Below, piece after piece: positions 27,960 to 47,608 of a DNA stretch of 64,000 nucleotides. The first letter of the stretch is position 1. Each line of letters starts with the position of its first letter. The notes under the pieces are model-generated. The model had not been told where the DNA came from. It saw only the letters and a program-made list of their open reading frames with translations, and did not search any database. The DNA comes from Eledone cirrhosa (taxonomy: Eukaryota). Both the position numbers and the translations under genes were made by a program. The stretch covers positions 270,382,001 to 270,446,000 of the forward strand of contig OZ024742.1 in assembly GCA_964016885.1 (NCBI GenBank). The letters run 5' to 3'.

Positions 27960-29745
27960 AAAATAAATATTTATTAAAAAACAAACATAACAAATTACCC
28001 AAAGGCGCAGTGACACCAAATGTTAACCTTGGAGAATTCCCACAAAAGCCACGCTTACCCTGATCGCTAGGGCAAGCACCCCATCGCAGTTGTTTTTCTT
28101 CGATACCACAGGCACACGTTCAAAGCAAAGCCATTCACACAGGCCATTCTTGCCTTTCCCACCCACATTTCAGGAAACTGGCTGTAATGCAACACTTCCC
28201 TCTCCACCTGAAAAGTTAATGACAGCGTCAACAAATAATAAAGTGTCGTCTTCAACCCTTTTTGAGGCTCACACCAAACGAAATGTTTCAACATATTTCG
28301 ATAGGTTATAGGTGGGTCGTGGGGCAATGTTCACGATTACTTCGGCTGAGAACCGGATGTCACACATATGGCAGCAGATGTTCGACATAAACACATAAGT
28401 CAGCAATACTCGGACTCAGGGCGGGTGCGTGCATGATTGTCTCGTCCACCTCCGGGCATCCCGAATTGGCTCGGCTGAGGAACTTCCTAGCCTGTAAAGT
28501 TTATCTTGCACTGGCAACGTTCCCAGGTAACAATGTGAGGACAGGAATTTCTGGAAATTATCCATTGTTCCTGGACAGAAAGGCTCCCGGAAGATAATAG
28601 CAAGTTGGTTTCGTCAAGACCCAGATTTTACCCAAACACGTTGTCACTCGTGCCTTTCACTAACCCTCTATTGAAAGCCAATATGGAGTTTCCATCGATC
28701 GCAAAGTTTGATTGGCAAAGGGTAATTAGTGCTTGGAGATATTCCAGTTTCCATGCTCTCCCTCTCGGTCACCGCTAAACACAGGATTGCAGTTCCGTCA
28801 AGGAAACGAGCTGAGGAAAGATGTGCTAAATGAAAGGCGACAGCACCTGTTCGCCGACTAGGAAAATCTGGAGTTGTCGTAGTCTTAGCGTATGCCTGCG
28901 CATCATTAGCCACGACATGCCCAGGCCTCTTAACGGATATCCCTATGCATAGCAACGACCCTGCATCTTGTAACGGACACTAAACCGGCCGCCCTAACGA
29001 AGGCCGCCAGGTATTGTTGGTCTACCCAATTGAAAGCTTTCGATTGATCTAAATTAATCAGACCCCCCCCCCCCCACTCCCATGCCATGTTTCTCAGATA
29101 TCCTCTCCACAATGTGTCGATGTAGGTGGAGGTTGTCGTGGATAGATCTCTTGGGAATCACGCATGTCTGCGCTTCTCACAAAATCTACCTTGTCACAAA
29201 CGCCAACCTCGTTTCTAATACTTACGCGCATATCTCTGAGTTCAGCAGAGATATGGGACCGAAGAAATCTATGTTGTATTCCTCTTTCGAGGATATTCTC
29301 ATCATTGGTAAGCTCACAGACATAGGAATTCTTCCATTCTGCTGTCAGTTGTAGTAGACGTCCGACAAGAGGTCAACGAACAAATCTGGTATGTGTAGGT
29401 GAAACTCGTAAGGAAAACTATCCAACCCAGGGGATTAACTCTCATGAAGCCAGTTTTGCCTCCCGCACTTCAGCGGCAGTTATCGGCTTTACGCAGCACT
29501 CCGAGTCTCTCGCTGAAAGACGCGGCAGGCTCGCAGGAAGGGATTAAAGAATATTCCTCGATCCGGCTCACCATATCTCCTGAACATTTGAAAGAAGTGA
29601 TGCTGAAAAATCGCAAACATCTGCTCAGGATTAACCAACATGCACCCATTGTGGTTTGCTAAACCGGATCTTGGCTTTGTTGCCAGCCCGGATTTCCCCC
29701 ACACGGACCCATTGAACGGCTTTCATCCGCTTGTGACTTAGTACA
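27960..29745 (-). mobile_element. Decayed, internally deleted Tx1 LINE ORF2
   Basis: GLINLDQSKAFNWVDQQYL (RT motif); the 3' part is homologous to 10150-10900. Confidence 0.8.
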
Positions 29746-29749
29746 CGCG

Positions 29750-31047
29750 ACAATATGTTAATAAAGAGATGCAAGAGTCATACTTGCCATTGGTTGGATG
29801 GATTACAAGACGTTATTCGACTTGGTTCCTCATTCTTGGATAACCCAAATCCTAGATCTCTAGGATTTTGGTTGCTCACAATATTAGACAACTATTAAGT
29901 AATAGTATGCAGAACTCGGAGACAGAACTAACATCAGGTGGAGAAACCTTGGGAGGAGTGAATTTGGAGAGAATTATCTTCTAAGAAGATAGTTTGTCCA
30001 TTTTTCTTTTGTCCTTACCCTCATACACTTCTCCCCCATATGGCGAAAAGTGAAAGCAGGATATAAGCTGGGATGATGAGAGCTTACTATCAACCGCGTC
30101 CGGTTCGTGGACGATCTAAAACTCTTTGGGAAAATTGAGAAGGAGTGGGATCTACTTGTTAACACTGTCCGTATTTTCGGCAATGATATATGTATGGAAT
30201 TTTGCGTTAATAAGTTTGGAGTCCTAGTGATGAGGAGGGGTAAATTGAACAGAAGCAACGGACTCCAGGTACCCACGAGGGAGTTGAAAAGGGAAATTGA
30301 CACTAAAGATTGATATGGGTATTTAGATGTTCTGGAGGCAGATGATATCAAGAAAAATAAAATGAAGGAGTGAATAGTATCAGAATACATAAGGAATATA
30401 TTTAAATAGTAGGAATGAAATAAGTGCAGTAAATTGCCGAGCTGTCTATTATTAGGTAGAGTGTGTGAATTCTCATATGGAATGACTCTGAACAGAAACC
30501 ATGGATAGAAACTCTAGGAACCTATTGACTACCTACAGCATGTGCTACAAGAGGAGTGATATTGATAGATTCTACTTTAAGGGAATCGGGAGGTGTCTTA
30601 TCAGCGTAGAAGATAGTGTTCAGACGGAGGAGGGCTGTCTACACAAAAGTATGCATGAGAGTTGTACTCCAGGGGGAGAAAATAGACCAGGGGATGTCCA
30701 AGGAGGGAATAACAACAAAAAACAAGAGCAACCTTCATCAAAAATCCCTTCAAGGCACCTTTTTAAAAAAAAAACGAAATTCAGATATCCACAGATATGG
30801 TGATGGTTAAAATGAGGAGACCTTACACAAGTCACAGAAGGAAAGCTAATGGCTGTACCAGATCAAGCCATCTGAACGAGGAGGCTAGCCAACATAGGAG
30901 GATCTGTGGAGAGAAAGAGAGAAGAATATACCTGTGAAAACACCGAGTGAAACACACAGCTCAGACTCACTATAAAGTTTGAAGGCATGATTTATACAAT
31001 GTAAATAAATTACCACATTCCGAGAAGTGGTATGAGCATAAGCCATA
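29750..31047 (+). mobile_element. Decayed R4/Dong RT fragment
   Basis: WMDYKTLFDLVPHSWI; DDLKLFGK..LVNTVRIFGNDICMEF; MDRNSRNLLT; the 3' part aligns with 8600-9145. Confidence 0.85.
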
Positions 31048-31634
31048 ATCGGCTAAGAGCAGCTTCATCTCCGAGGATTTAGTTGCTTTGGAACAGTACT
31101 AGCCACCTATCTTTGTTTGAAGTCGCCATTACAGGAGTACACTCAGTGTCATGTGCCAGTGATGAGGAGAAAGCAAGCACCTGCTATTAGACTAAAAATA
31201 AAAACACGTTGACACGTACTTTCAACATGAGAACAGAAAATATTGAACCATTGAAACACTCAACCAGGGCTTTAGTGTAGAAAACAAAGATAAAAATTGC
31301 AAACTTAACAATTTCGAACTATATTAAAAAGTAAAAAGTTCAATGCAATGTGTATGCGGGCTATCACTGGGATTTTAAATAATAATACTGAAACGAAATC
31401 ATAGGTTAGGAACGAAAAATCTTTGATCATTTTCCCACTCACTCAATGCTTTAATTAAGCTAGTCCCATTAAGACACCAATCGAGAGTGCAAACTAATAC
31501 GTTAAAAAGTATGGAAAAATATATCGTGTGGTTAGAGAATTTGATACTCAGTCTCGGACTTATGCATTGCTGGCGACTGTCCATATATATATATTGTTTA
31601 TTAGGTAATAAAGTATATATATATATATACATAT

Positions 31635-32155
<521 letters not shown>

Positions 32156-32160
32156 ATATG

Positions 32161-32213
32161 GAGATTCCTGATGATTTCTAAAGAATGAAACAGTTCTAGT
32201 CCTGTAGAATCTC
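32161..32213 (+). ncRNA. Type-I hammerhead (family A)
   Basis: GAGATTC-CTGATGA-TTTCTAAAGAAT-GAA-ACAG-ttctagtc-CTGT-A-GAATCTC: 7-bp stem I, 4-bp stem III, GUA triplet. Confidence 0.75.
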
Positions 32214-32294
32214 ATCTATATTAAAGCTTTTATACTCTGCTATGTATTGAGTACCTTACTTACTGTGGTTACCTCCGATTCAACCCGGAATAAC

Positions 32295-32443
<149 letters not shown>

Positions 32444-32765
32444 ATATATATATGTAAGTATATATGCATGTATACGTACATACATTTATGTATACAGACG
32501 TACAGTTATGTATATATACACATACATGCACAGATATATATATATATATATATATGCACGTATCGGTTTACCGAACATTTATTATAATGCTCGGTTTGTT
32601 TGTAAACAAAGAAACAGCCCGAATTACGCAGTAATTTACATTTTAGTAACTGCCGTACTAAGAGTGAGAAATGAAATTTCGTTTCATTCTATTCCTATAT
32701 ATATATACTTATATATATATCTTGGCGCGATCGTTTTGGAAAATTTAATGTCTAGATATGAGCGA

Positions 32766-32852
32766 GCTTCCTGAAGAATCCGGCGCTCGAGTTTATATAA
32801 TTATTACATAATTATTGGAAAACTCAAACACGGACGAAACCATGGTAGAGGT
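32766..32852 (+). ncRNA. Hammerhead with extended stem II
   Basis: GCTTC-CTGAAGA-A-TCCG..GAGTTT..AAACTC..CGGA-C-GAAAC-CATG-GTA-GAGGT. Confidence 0.7.
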
Positions 32853-33344
32853 ATTTAAATGTATTCTATTTTCTCCGAGTTTATTTTAAACCTAATTATG
32901 CTTAGTTGACTGTATCTAGGCGATTACGCTGTCGAAATATTCTATAAATATTCCACTACGGCCGACACGAAGCGCTAGATTTGGTTATGTGTCGGAGATT
33001 CCTTCATAGAAGCCTCATTCTTATAGCCTGGTCTATTCGATTTTTTATATAGTTAATTACGCTAATTGGGAGCGCAAATAGTATATATGTTATCTTGTGA
33101 TTCTATAGACATGTTTTATGATATATATATATATATTTATATTAATAGTAATAATAATAGTAATAATAAAATTGAAGACTAAAATCCAAAGAGGGCTCGA
33201 TAAGGATAAATATATATCAAATATATAAGAACCGTAGAGCAAATATTAGTTAGTTTCAGAAGATCCCGTTAAGGGTGAAAGCAACGATTCTTTGTTTAAA
33301 CTTTAATCTGTTATTTTAATAAATATATATATTTATATATATAT

Positions 33345-34110
<766 letters not shown>

Positions 34111-34275
34111 GCCTCTGTGTATAGTACAGAGCAATTTAACAACATAAAAAACACAGTAACTATTCTATTACCAAAGGTATAAAAAACTCGACGTTTCTGT
34201 AAGGATCGTCTAGTTTCTTGAAACATTTGGTAATGGAATAATTATATGCTGCTGTTTATTTATGTAATAGAGTAA

Positions 34276-34354
<79 letters not shown>

Positions 34355-34361
<7 letters not shown>

Positions 34362-34490
34362 CCTTCTGCTGGACTAGAACTGTTTCATTCGGGAGAAATC
34401 ATCAGGAACCCCATATTAAATATTTATACTCTGCTTTGTATTGTGTATCTTACTTACCGGGGTCATCCCCGATTGAACCCGGTATAAACT

Positions 34491-34495
<5 letters not shown>
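34355..34495. repeat. Rearranged family A pLTR with hammerhead on - (34361-34412)
   Basis: Reverse complement of the family A hammerhead joined to its downstream segment in + orientation. Confidence 0.6.
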
Positions 34496-34527
<32 letters not shown>

Positions 34528-34729
34528 CAATAAACGTAATGAAGGAGTTACAACTCATCCTTGTTTTATTTTTAAATTTCATTATATATATATATATATT
34601 TGTTTTCCGACATTTTTGATATTACATAGTGTGACGAAACAAATATTGTTATACTTGGGGTGGGTCATATGGTTGTAATAATATTGCCAGAAATAATAAC
34701 AGACCACTTCATTACGACAATGATTTTCT

Positions 34730-35870
34730 CTAAGAGGCTGGTGCCTCGAAAGATTTTAATGATTGAAGTTCTGGCCAGACTTTCAAAAGCCTTCCGGAAA
34801 TCGATGAATGCAGCAATTACCGGAAGGCATATTTCTTTATGCATTTCAAGTAAACGTGTTAAATATGTATTTGTTTAGTGCAGCTGCGAGATGGCCCAAA
34901 CCCACTTAGAGTGATTTCAATGTCACTATCGAGCTTTCCTCTTCGTCTATTCAGCAGTAATCGGTTGTACAGATATGGCCCTTATTCTTTGACACGTTAC
35001 ACACGCCACCTTTCCTGGGAAGAGGCACTATAATAGACCTTCTCTATTAACAGGAGACTCAATAACGTTGTGCATATTTTTCAAAATGTTAATTGCACTA
35101 ATCGGCTTCCGTGTTTTCTGGCTTCTTTAATTAAAGCCCTGTCTGGACCATCGGCTTTTCTGTTTGGTGTTGTTTTCAACATCTCTAACAGTTCTCCATT
35201 ATAGAATGCGGCTGTACTCACTTGATGTTCACTGTTGTAGCCAAGACAGCAGTGTATCAGCGTAGATGATGGTCTGTCGTGTTTAGAGAGTAGCACTTCA
35301 ACGCTGTTAATCTGTATAGTTCACTATTGAAACCTCTACACTATTCGTCTGTAATATTATCAATGCAATTTGATGATTACCTGGTTTTAGATAATGTATT
35401 CGTCTAATATGCCTCGCTGATTTCATTATTATTGCGAAATGTGTGTATTTTTAACACACATGACTCTAATTTATAGGAAGCATTGACCAGCTCATCTGCC
35501 ACTGTAACCTCCATGTGATATCCCGTGCCATTTACATATTTCAATTTCTGTACATTGCGATGTTGCATTGCTTTTTGCGTATTGTATGAGACCCTTGCAT
35601 CTCACATATTTTCCTAGTACTTGCATTACCGTATGTTCAACTGATGTAATAAGAATATTATTCAGTTCGTTACTACTCGGACATTGATGGTCGTTGTCTT
35701 ATTAAGTTGATGTGACACCTCATGGTAAAATCTGTTTTGCATTTTAAGTTTCTCTGTTAGTTTTGACCAATTGTAAATACATCTTTTAGTATATTTTACT
35801 CGGTGGCTGTTCAGTTTCATTCTTAAATGACAGGACACAATTGTATGAACTGTATATTTCAACAATAGAA
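34730..35870 (-). mobile_element. Decayed LINE (RTE-like) RT, N-terminal half
   Basis: PNRKADGPD, IVPLPRKG, SGFGPSRSCTKQI, LPVIAAFIDFRKAFESL. Confidence 0.75.
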
Positions 35871-36340
35871 TATGATCGACAGTTAGTGAAGGAGCCCATT
35901 CATTTATATTTTACTGCTATTAGGTCAAGTCGGATTTTAAGGTTCAGTAACTCCTGAGAGGCTCGTAGGGGAACCGTATTGATATACTTCTTTTGCAGGG
36001 ATGTTTAAACCTGACGGAGCCCGACCTATCTAGGACGTAATGCACCAGCCACATTGGGGTCCAAAGATTGGGAGAGAAAGGGAAAAATGGAAGAGAAAAA
36101 AAGATATAAAGGAAGAATCGACCAACGTATCAGACGCTTATCTACCACGAATGGATGAAATGCAACGTTGAACTACGCACGATTTGAACGCTGAGACCAG
36201 TTAATGAATACGAATACCGCAAATAAATCCTTCCGACACACACACACACGCATATATATAAATATATGTACATATCTCGAAAATTGCGTTTCGCTTTGTT
36301 TTTGACCACAGCCGAAATACGATCTCGCTGAAATGATATT

Positions 36341-36378
<38 letters not shown>

Positions 36379-36752
36379 TAAAAGGAAAAGAAAATGCTGA
36401 CAAATTGTTCCCAGTGAAAAATAGTTTAATTAGGAATAAGTAAAAATTAGTAATAGTATTGGTTAGTATTCAGTTTTGGTTTTAAGTTTTACCGGTTGCG
36501 CATTTCTAATGCTTTTCAAAAACAATTTTGAGATAGAGCGCCCGTGGTGTTTGCTCTAATCTGATTAGTTTTGGAAATTTTACCTGTTTTGGATATATAT
36601 ATATCTATATCTATATATATATATATACACACACACACATTCATGTACTTATGATAAATTAATTAATTCTGAAAATCGATTACCAAAGAATTTTAGAGCG
36701 GAAAACTCTTAAGGACATTCGGAAAGAAGATTTATAATTTATATAGTAAAAG

Positions 36753-36932
36753 AATAATTGTTTCTAATTTTGGCACAAGGCCACCAATTTACCCAGTACA
36801 TTACTGGTACTTTCTGTTATCAACTCCGTAACGATGAAAGGCAAAGTTAACCTCGGCGGGATTTGAACTCATAATGGCACCAGCCGTCAAAGCATGGCGT
36901 CCTATCCTCTACCGATACTGCCAATCCAACGC
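36753..36932 (-). mobile_element. SINE family A
   Basis: GGCAAAGTTAACCTCGGCGGGATTTGAACTC (reverse-complement B-box) plus central domain. Confidence 0.8.
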
Positions 36933-36989
36933 CCAGTAAAGGAATAATAATAATCACAAGCAACTCGAAATGTATATATTAATGCAGAC

Positions 36990-37392
36990 ATCTATGCTTT
37001 CCCCCACATATATGTATATAAAACTATAGACAGACACACATACGCATAGGCATGTATGTATATATATATTTATATGCATGTATGTATATATACATTTATT
37101 TATTTATTTATAGTTCTCTTAGGTCAGTGTTGTTTGTTACAACGCATTCGCAGAGAAGACAAACAAATAAATAAATAAACAGACTAAATAAAGATGGCGT
37201 AGACATACAATACTGACCTAAGAGAAGTATAAATAAATAAATAAATACATACACAAGCACAATAACAAAAAAAAAAATATAAACACACACTAGTAAACTA
37301 AGATAGAATACAATAACCAATACACAGTCACCCAAACACGAACACACATCAAACAAAACACTATACACACACGCAAACGCAGAGAAGACAAA

Positions 37393-37428
<36 letters not shown>

Positions 37429-37775
37429 AAAAAAATATAATTTATAAAGATGGCGGAGGCATACAATACAACGGGAGGAAACATAATAGCACCACTGACA
37501 ATGTTGCAGACGTGCAACGAAAGAACTTTGTTAGACTATATATATGTGTCTGTGTCTATATTGTATCTGTATTTTTGACCATTGGTCAGTTAATGGTAAC
37601 ATCGAGGACCTAATATATTAAATTAACCGATATAAAGACAAAGAAGCGAAAACCAACCAAGCAGTCAGTGTGTTCTGTTATTAATTTTGCCAATATTATT
37701 ACACAAATATGACCCTCCCCAAGTATAACAATATTTGTTTCAACACACGATTTCATATTAAAAACCTCGCAAAAC
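36990..37775 (+). mobile_element. Solo 3' UTR/pLTR of the Neptune-like Penelope family
   Basis: Reverse complement of 1562-2290; hammerhead core mutated to CTGACAA. Confidence 0.8.
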
Positions 37776-37793
37776 TAATATATATATATACAT

Positions 37794-37834
<41 letters not shown>

Positions 37835-38163
37835 AAACTCACCTCCTACATATATATATACATATATATATTAGGTATAGGGTTATCCTGGATGCAGTAA
37901 TTGTTAATTACTACACTGGATAGAGTTGACGTACGGTGAGGTTACTCAACGAGTAATGGAAGAATTGTTGAAGAAACTTAGTTCCTGATCCTTCTGTATT
38001 CCGGAGTGTAGATAAAGAACGAATAATAACAGGTAGACATAACAAAAAGGTAATTTATTCTGTGTGCATACAAATGTTTTCACGGTGGTTATACAGCCTA
38101 GTTATGGTATGTGCAAATTTATAACTATTTGCAAAACTCAAATATCAAATGCTGTGATCACTG

Positions 38164-39472
<1,309 letters not shown>

Positions 39473-40570
39473 TGTGTGTGTGTGGGAATATATGGGCCAG
39501 GAAATTGGGGAGTTATCGCAGAAGCTGTGAAGTTGTAGTTTTTATTTCTTGACATTGGTTATATCGTCGATTTGGGCGGTGACAAATTATTCCTTCTATC
39601 ACCTAAACCACTCGCTAAATTCGTGCGTTTTTGGTTTTACTTGTCAACGGAAACATAATATAATGTCACGACTGGTCTTTTGAAACACACAACTACGCTT
39701 CCCGACCAGGTTCAATATTAATTCCGTCAACATAATTAAAATGTTCTAATAGAAGAGAATAGTGAGTGCAATGGGATGCTGTGTATAGCGGTGTGTTTTA
39801 GAAAAGATGGGTGAGAGTGGCGATATTAACGAGGTTTAACGCTCCGAATGGCCCACTGGCACTTTAAAATCAGATGGAATGAAACCTGGAACGTAAATAT
39901 TCAGTGCACGTGAAGCAACAATATATTCTAAGAAGATGTGTATAGATTTTATAGGAATATCGTTAATTTTAATCCACTGGTAATTAGAAATATATTTTAT
40001 ATTTTTTGTATTGCTATCATTACTATTTCTTACGATTATTTTCATTGTTATACAGTATTTCTATTGCTAATGCCCACATAACTATACTCCATTCAAAACC
40101 AAGGCTGATCATTTCAATCTCGCCCGTGTATACTCGCGATTTGATCTCTAGTAACAAAGCAAAAAACCGATAATCTAACGGTGACGCGAGACTGCTAATG
40201 ATGTAAAAAATAGTTGGCTGAACTTCCACGTCGTAACTTCTTTATCCATTGCAAAGGGTCTCGGGCTTACTTTATGAGCTATCTTTGCATACAGACGCAC
40301 GGGCACCGCATTCTTTATATTAAATGAATATATACATATATATTTACTGGGTGTCATGAGAGTATTAGTAATTGTCGTAGCAACATAAAACACATGATAA
40401 ATGACAGGATGCGCGCAGTAACACAAGCAACAATGTTAGTGATAAAAACAGCTGCAATCGGAATATTAGCAATAGAATGTATACATATATATATATATAT
40501 ATGCATACGCGTACACACACACACATAAACATACACACATAAAACATACAGACACACACACACACACACG

Positions 40571-40667
<97 letters not shown>

Positions 40668-41228
40668 GTATATAGTGAAAACAATGAAATTAAACAGGAT
40701 ACGGGTAATTCATTATAAAACTCATTAGTTTACGATCGTTTCTGGGGGGTAGTTATCCGTATGTTCATTCTATTAGTGATCTATGTAAAATATTACATAT
40801 TATCAAAGTAAGAAAAAATACATACGTCTTCCCTAAAATACATACGTCTTCAGAAATGAGATTATTTATGAAGACGGCGGGTAGGGAAGACGTATATATA
40901 TAAACACACACAGACACCCGGATGCAATACATGCGCAAACTAAGCACACAACACACACAAAACAAGATGGCGTAGGACAAAAAAAGGAGAGGCACAAAAA
41001 AAAAAGAAAATAATGCCCAGTCACTTAAGAGGTCACAGAATGTGTTATGAAAGAACTGTGACAATATATGGATACCCGTCCGGTTGTGGAACCAACCAAC
41101 CGGAAATATATAAATTCTTAAATTTATAAATTTCAATTTATAATAAATTGGAGTGAAATGAACTGGTGCGTGTGTTACCTATTGGCAACATGACCCTCCC
41201 AGAGCAAAACAATATATATATATTTATG

Positions 41229-41301
<73 letters not shown>

Positions 41302-41325
41302 GTATATATATATATATATATATAC

Positions 41326-41424
<99 letters not shown>

Positions 41425-41449
41425 TATAGATAGATAGATGTAGATAAGT

Positions 41450-41800
41450 TTATCTTGGGTTTAATCGGGGGTAACCACAGAAAGTAACGCGCACAATATA
41501 TAACAGTGTATATATATTTGATATAGAAATGGCTTCTACAGGACTACAATTGTTTCATTCGGTAGAAATACTCAGGAAGCCCACTGTCCAAGTATTGTGG
41601 TGGTATTTATACATTTTCTGGAGGTAGGGAAAGGGTGGTGATTGGGTTGGTGAATTTAAAGAAAAGGGAATTCTTTAAAACTATATTTAACGAACAAAGA
41701 TACAAAGAAATCAAGCTAAGTGTCTGTAGACAGGTTTACATTTCACTCCTGATGTTTAAGGTTCACTTAAGCTAACAATGGTTCTACTGCTGGCTCTACT
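41450..41800 (-). mobile_element. Diverged family A pLTR with hammerhead at 41531-41582
   Basis: Homologous to 50740-51110; stem I is GGCTTC/GAAGCC. Confidence 0.7.
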
Positions 41801-42030
41801 GAAATGGTCACCTGCTTACAATCACACACACACGTACACACACACACACACACACACACCCACATACACACATACACACACACACGCGCGCGCGCATAAC
41901 ACACACACCGACACACATACATAAATAACTGAAACCTTTCTTGGACAGTCGGCTACCTGATGATTTCTTCCGAATTTCTCCCGAAGTTCTAGTTCTGTAG
42001 ACGGCATTTATGTATATATATATACATATA

Positions 42031-42107
<77 letters not shown>

Positions 42108-42115
42108 TCTATCTA

Positions 42116-42154
<39 letters not shown>

Positions 42155-42181
42155 ATAATAATAAATTTGAAGACTAATATA

Positions 42182-42229
<48 letters not shown>

Positions 42230-42231
<2 letters not shown>

Positions 42232-42545
42232 TTAGGTTTGATGGTTCACCACTGCATAACACTTGTCTTTCCGTATGGTCAACCTCGATATAATATTATG
42301 GAGAGCACTCAACGTAATGCAACTCACCAGACTTCGTTAGTGTAGTTGGTGGTGCCAGTACGGAGTTAATTATTATAAAATAACAGGAGGCTGGACTGGT
42401 GTAAATCCTAGAAAGGTGTATTATATTATGATCATTTCAATGACCGGGTTCAGTATGCATTCGGTCACATCATCAGGTATTCAAAATATAAGAAAGCAAT
42501 ATAACAGATAAAATCTATGGGCTGAAAATCAGAGACAAGAGGAAG
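42230..42545 (-). mobile_element. pLTR copy of the 2397-2915 family with hammerhead at 42425-42480
   Basis: CTGATGA-TG-TGACCG..CGGTCA-TT-GAAA-TGATCA-TA. Confidence 0.75.
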
Positions 42546-42586
42546 ACCGACTATTTTGCAGCTTCTACCTCTGTCGGCCTCCCTCA

Positions 42587-42664
<78 letters not shown>

Positions 42665-43550
42665 TTATATATATATATATATATTTATATGTAGGTATGT
42701 ATTTATATTTACATATATACACACACACACACTTACATGAATACTTATGTATATTCATGTGTTGAAAGTGTGATGATCAACATCGACATGAATTTCTGCA
42801 CTTTTTACATGTAGCAATCGGTAATAGTGTGATAGAAATAGGCTACGAGGATGAGAGATTTGTGAAATGAGAGAGCGAGTGTGTGACTGTAGATGTGGTG
42901 TGTGAGTGTGTGTTTTTGAGTGTCTGTGTATGTGTTGCTGGATGATTTAACAGCGTTGAGGTGCTTCAATAATCAATCATATTTTTTTTAAATTAACCGA
43001 TGTTCAATTAGAGGTGTTTTTTTCAGTAACAGTAGAACACTATCATTGGCACCACCCTCACTATAGCCGCTGCTGATAATGAGGACCCTGCAATTGTTTT
43101 CTCTATCTCCCTCCCCCACCCTCTTTTTCTCTGTATATATATATATTTAAAATAATTGTAAGAAATCAAGATTGTGTAATTATTATTCTTTAATACATTT
43201 CTACGAACTTTACAATACGGCTAGAATATCACATCCATTTGCAGAGCATCAGGAGATTATTAGTTAACTATTATCGCCATTATGGGTACTTTATACGAAC
43301 CTTATCTCTTGCAGGAAATATTCAGAACAAAAAATAATTATGATGAATACCATAAGACAATAAACAAAAGCATGGAGTTTTTAGGTACGTAGTTTGTTTA
43401 TTTAGTTATAGAAGAAAGATTTGCATTGTATTTAGCAATTGTGTCCGTTAGTTAACACTGTACGCATGTTTATAAGAAATATAACGATAAATGTTCCCAT
43501 ATATATGCACAGTGGATGTATACATTTACGTAGTATTTTTCCTAATAGAG

Positions 43551-43768
43551 GAACGATCGACTTTCGTCAAATCGGACAGAGGGAACAATGTTTTCGTTGG
43601 TCTTTCCAATTGCTAATACTAACTATCGGTCGCAACTCCAGGTAGAAGGAGCAAAGTGAAATAAAGTGTCTTGCTCAAGGATATGACGCATCGCCTGGTC
43701 CAGGAATCGAACTCACAACCTTACGATTGCGAATCCAATTCTATAACCACTCAGCCACACGCCTTCAC
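43551..43768 (-). mobile_element. CORE-like SINE family B
   Basis: Reverse complement of 59932-60149. Confidence 0.8.
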
Positions 43769-43935
43769 TAATATGCTTCTAAAATGTTCCTAATGCTTTT
43801 CCTAATATGCTTCTAAAATTAAACTAATATTAAACTTATATATTTGAAACATTTCTATCACAATTCAATTTCATCATATATTTATCATATCTTTCTAAAG
43901 ATCTGTTTTTATTTACTATGTAGCTTCCTCTCGTT

Positions 43936-44115
43936 ATGGCAGTATCGGTAGAGGGTCGGACGCCATGCTTTCCAGCATAGTTAAGTCCCTTTACGATCTG
44001 AGTTCAAATCCCGCCAAGGTTGACTTTGCCTTTCATCCTTGCGGGGTCGATAAAATAAAGTACCAGTAATGCACTGGGTAATTGCTGGCCTTGTGCCCAA
44101 AGTAGAAACAATTAT
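43936..44115 (+). mobile_element. SINE family A, near full length
   Basis: A-box TGGCAGTATCGG, B-box GAGTTCAAATCCC, central domain and tail. Confidence 0.85.
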
Positions 44116-44428
44116 AATTAATTAATTTATTTTTCTATACATCTTTAATGACTAGAGTTTGTTTCGATTTACGAAATATTTACTTTTGATATGCTTATTT
44201 GACTGGAATTGTGTATTTATTTCTATTTCTATTTACACTTCCACCTCCATTTTCATTCTTACAGAAATGTATTACGGCGCGTAAAGATAAAATTAAATTA
44301 AATATAACTACAGATTACTATAATTGTAGTTTGCATTTATTTTTGAAAACGTGTGTAATGGTTTCTGAATTTACCCGTGTATATATTGCGAACATTTCTC
44401 ATATACGTACACACATACACACACACAC

Positions 44429-44603
<175 letters not shown>

Positions 44604-44711
44604 TGTATATATACATATATGTATATATACATATATGTATATATACATATATGTATATATACATATATGTATATATACATATATGTATATATACATATAT
44701 GTATATAGACA

Positions 44712-44761
<50 letters not shown>

Positions 44762-45063
44762 TATATATATACATAACAACACAAAAATTCAAACCACAAA
44801 AATTAATGAATAAATAAAAATGTAAACTTGCGAGCGAGGTAGGTATTTATATAAAAACCTACACACGTATAGGTGTGCATAGATTCACACATACACACAC
44901 GCACACACATATTCCCATATATACATTGACCTATATATATATGCTTTAATTCATATATAAATGAATCAAGAAATATTAAGGCATTTACAAATAATATTCA
45001 GATACCTATAACATAGTATATATATTTATATATATATACACACACACACACACATATATACAT

Positions 45064-45148
<85 letters not shown>

Positions 45149-45171
45149 TAGATATATAGATATTTAAGAGA

Positions 45172-46615
<1,444 letters not shown>

Positions 46616-46620
46616 TTATG

Positions 46621-46730
<110 letters not shown>

Positions 46731-46902
46731 TTTGTGTGTATGTGTTTGTATATATATAATTATGTGTTTGTGTTTATTTATGTGGATGTGTGTGTATGTT
46801 TGGGTGTATGCATGTTTATATATACGTGTGTATGTGTATATGTATTTTTTCGCACGCATGTGTATGTGGATGTGTACATATGTTTATTTTATATGTTTGT
46901 GC

Positions 46903-47019
<117 letters not shown>

Positions 47020-47391
47020 TATGTACACGTACATAGATATATGTATATAGACGTACAGTTGTATGTATATGTATATACATACATGCACACATATATATAT
47101 GTACGTATGGATTCTACGAACATTTATTATAATGCTCGGTGTGTTTGTAAACAAACATCCCGTATTAAGCCGTAGTGTCTAGCAACCATCGTTGCTCGTT
47201 TGTTCAACACTGATAAAGGAATGTTGTACTAGTTTCAAGCTTATTAGCTATCGTCAGCAACGTATACCTTCCTGCCATATTGTTGAACGTATATACTTAA
47301 CTCTAGCATATTAACGGCTGAGTAGCTCAATTTGCATATCGAGTCGGTTAATCGGCCGGGTGCACCGAAAATGATAAACGGAAACTTTTCG

Positions 47392-47430
<39 letters not shown>

Positions 47431-47530
47431 TATTGAAATTTCCGTTGAAAACAGAAAAGGTCATAGAACTGAAGAGCGCTCTATGTAAGTATCAGAGCAA
47501 AATTTAATGTATAAAAATCAATACAATATA

Positions 47531-47608
47531 ATTACCTCATTACCAGAGGTTTCCCGAATGAGGCGAATACGAAAGAAACGTCTTCATTCGTTCGTCAGAC
47601 GAGGCAAT
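47531..47608 (-). ncRNA. Intact-looking type-I hammerhead
   Basis: ATTGCCTCGT-CTGACGA-A-CGAATGA..TCATTCG-G-GAA-ACC-TCT-GGT-A-ATGAGGTAAT: 10-bp stem I, GUA triplet. Confidence 0.8.

Noticed and set aside
44216-44290. Possible micro-exon after a pyrimidine tract and TTACAG
   Set aside because: Weak donor and no recognisable peptide; cannot be supported without RNA data
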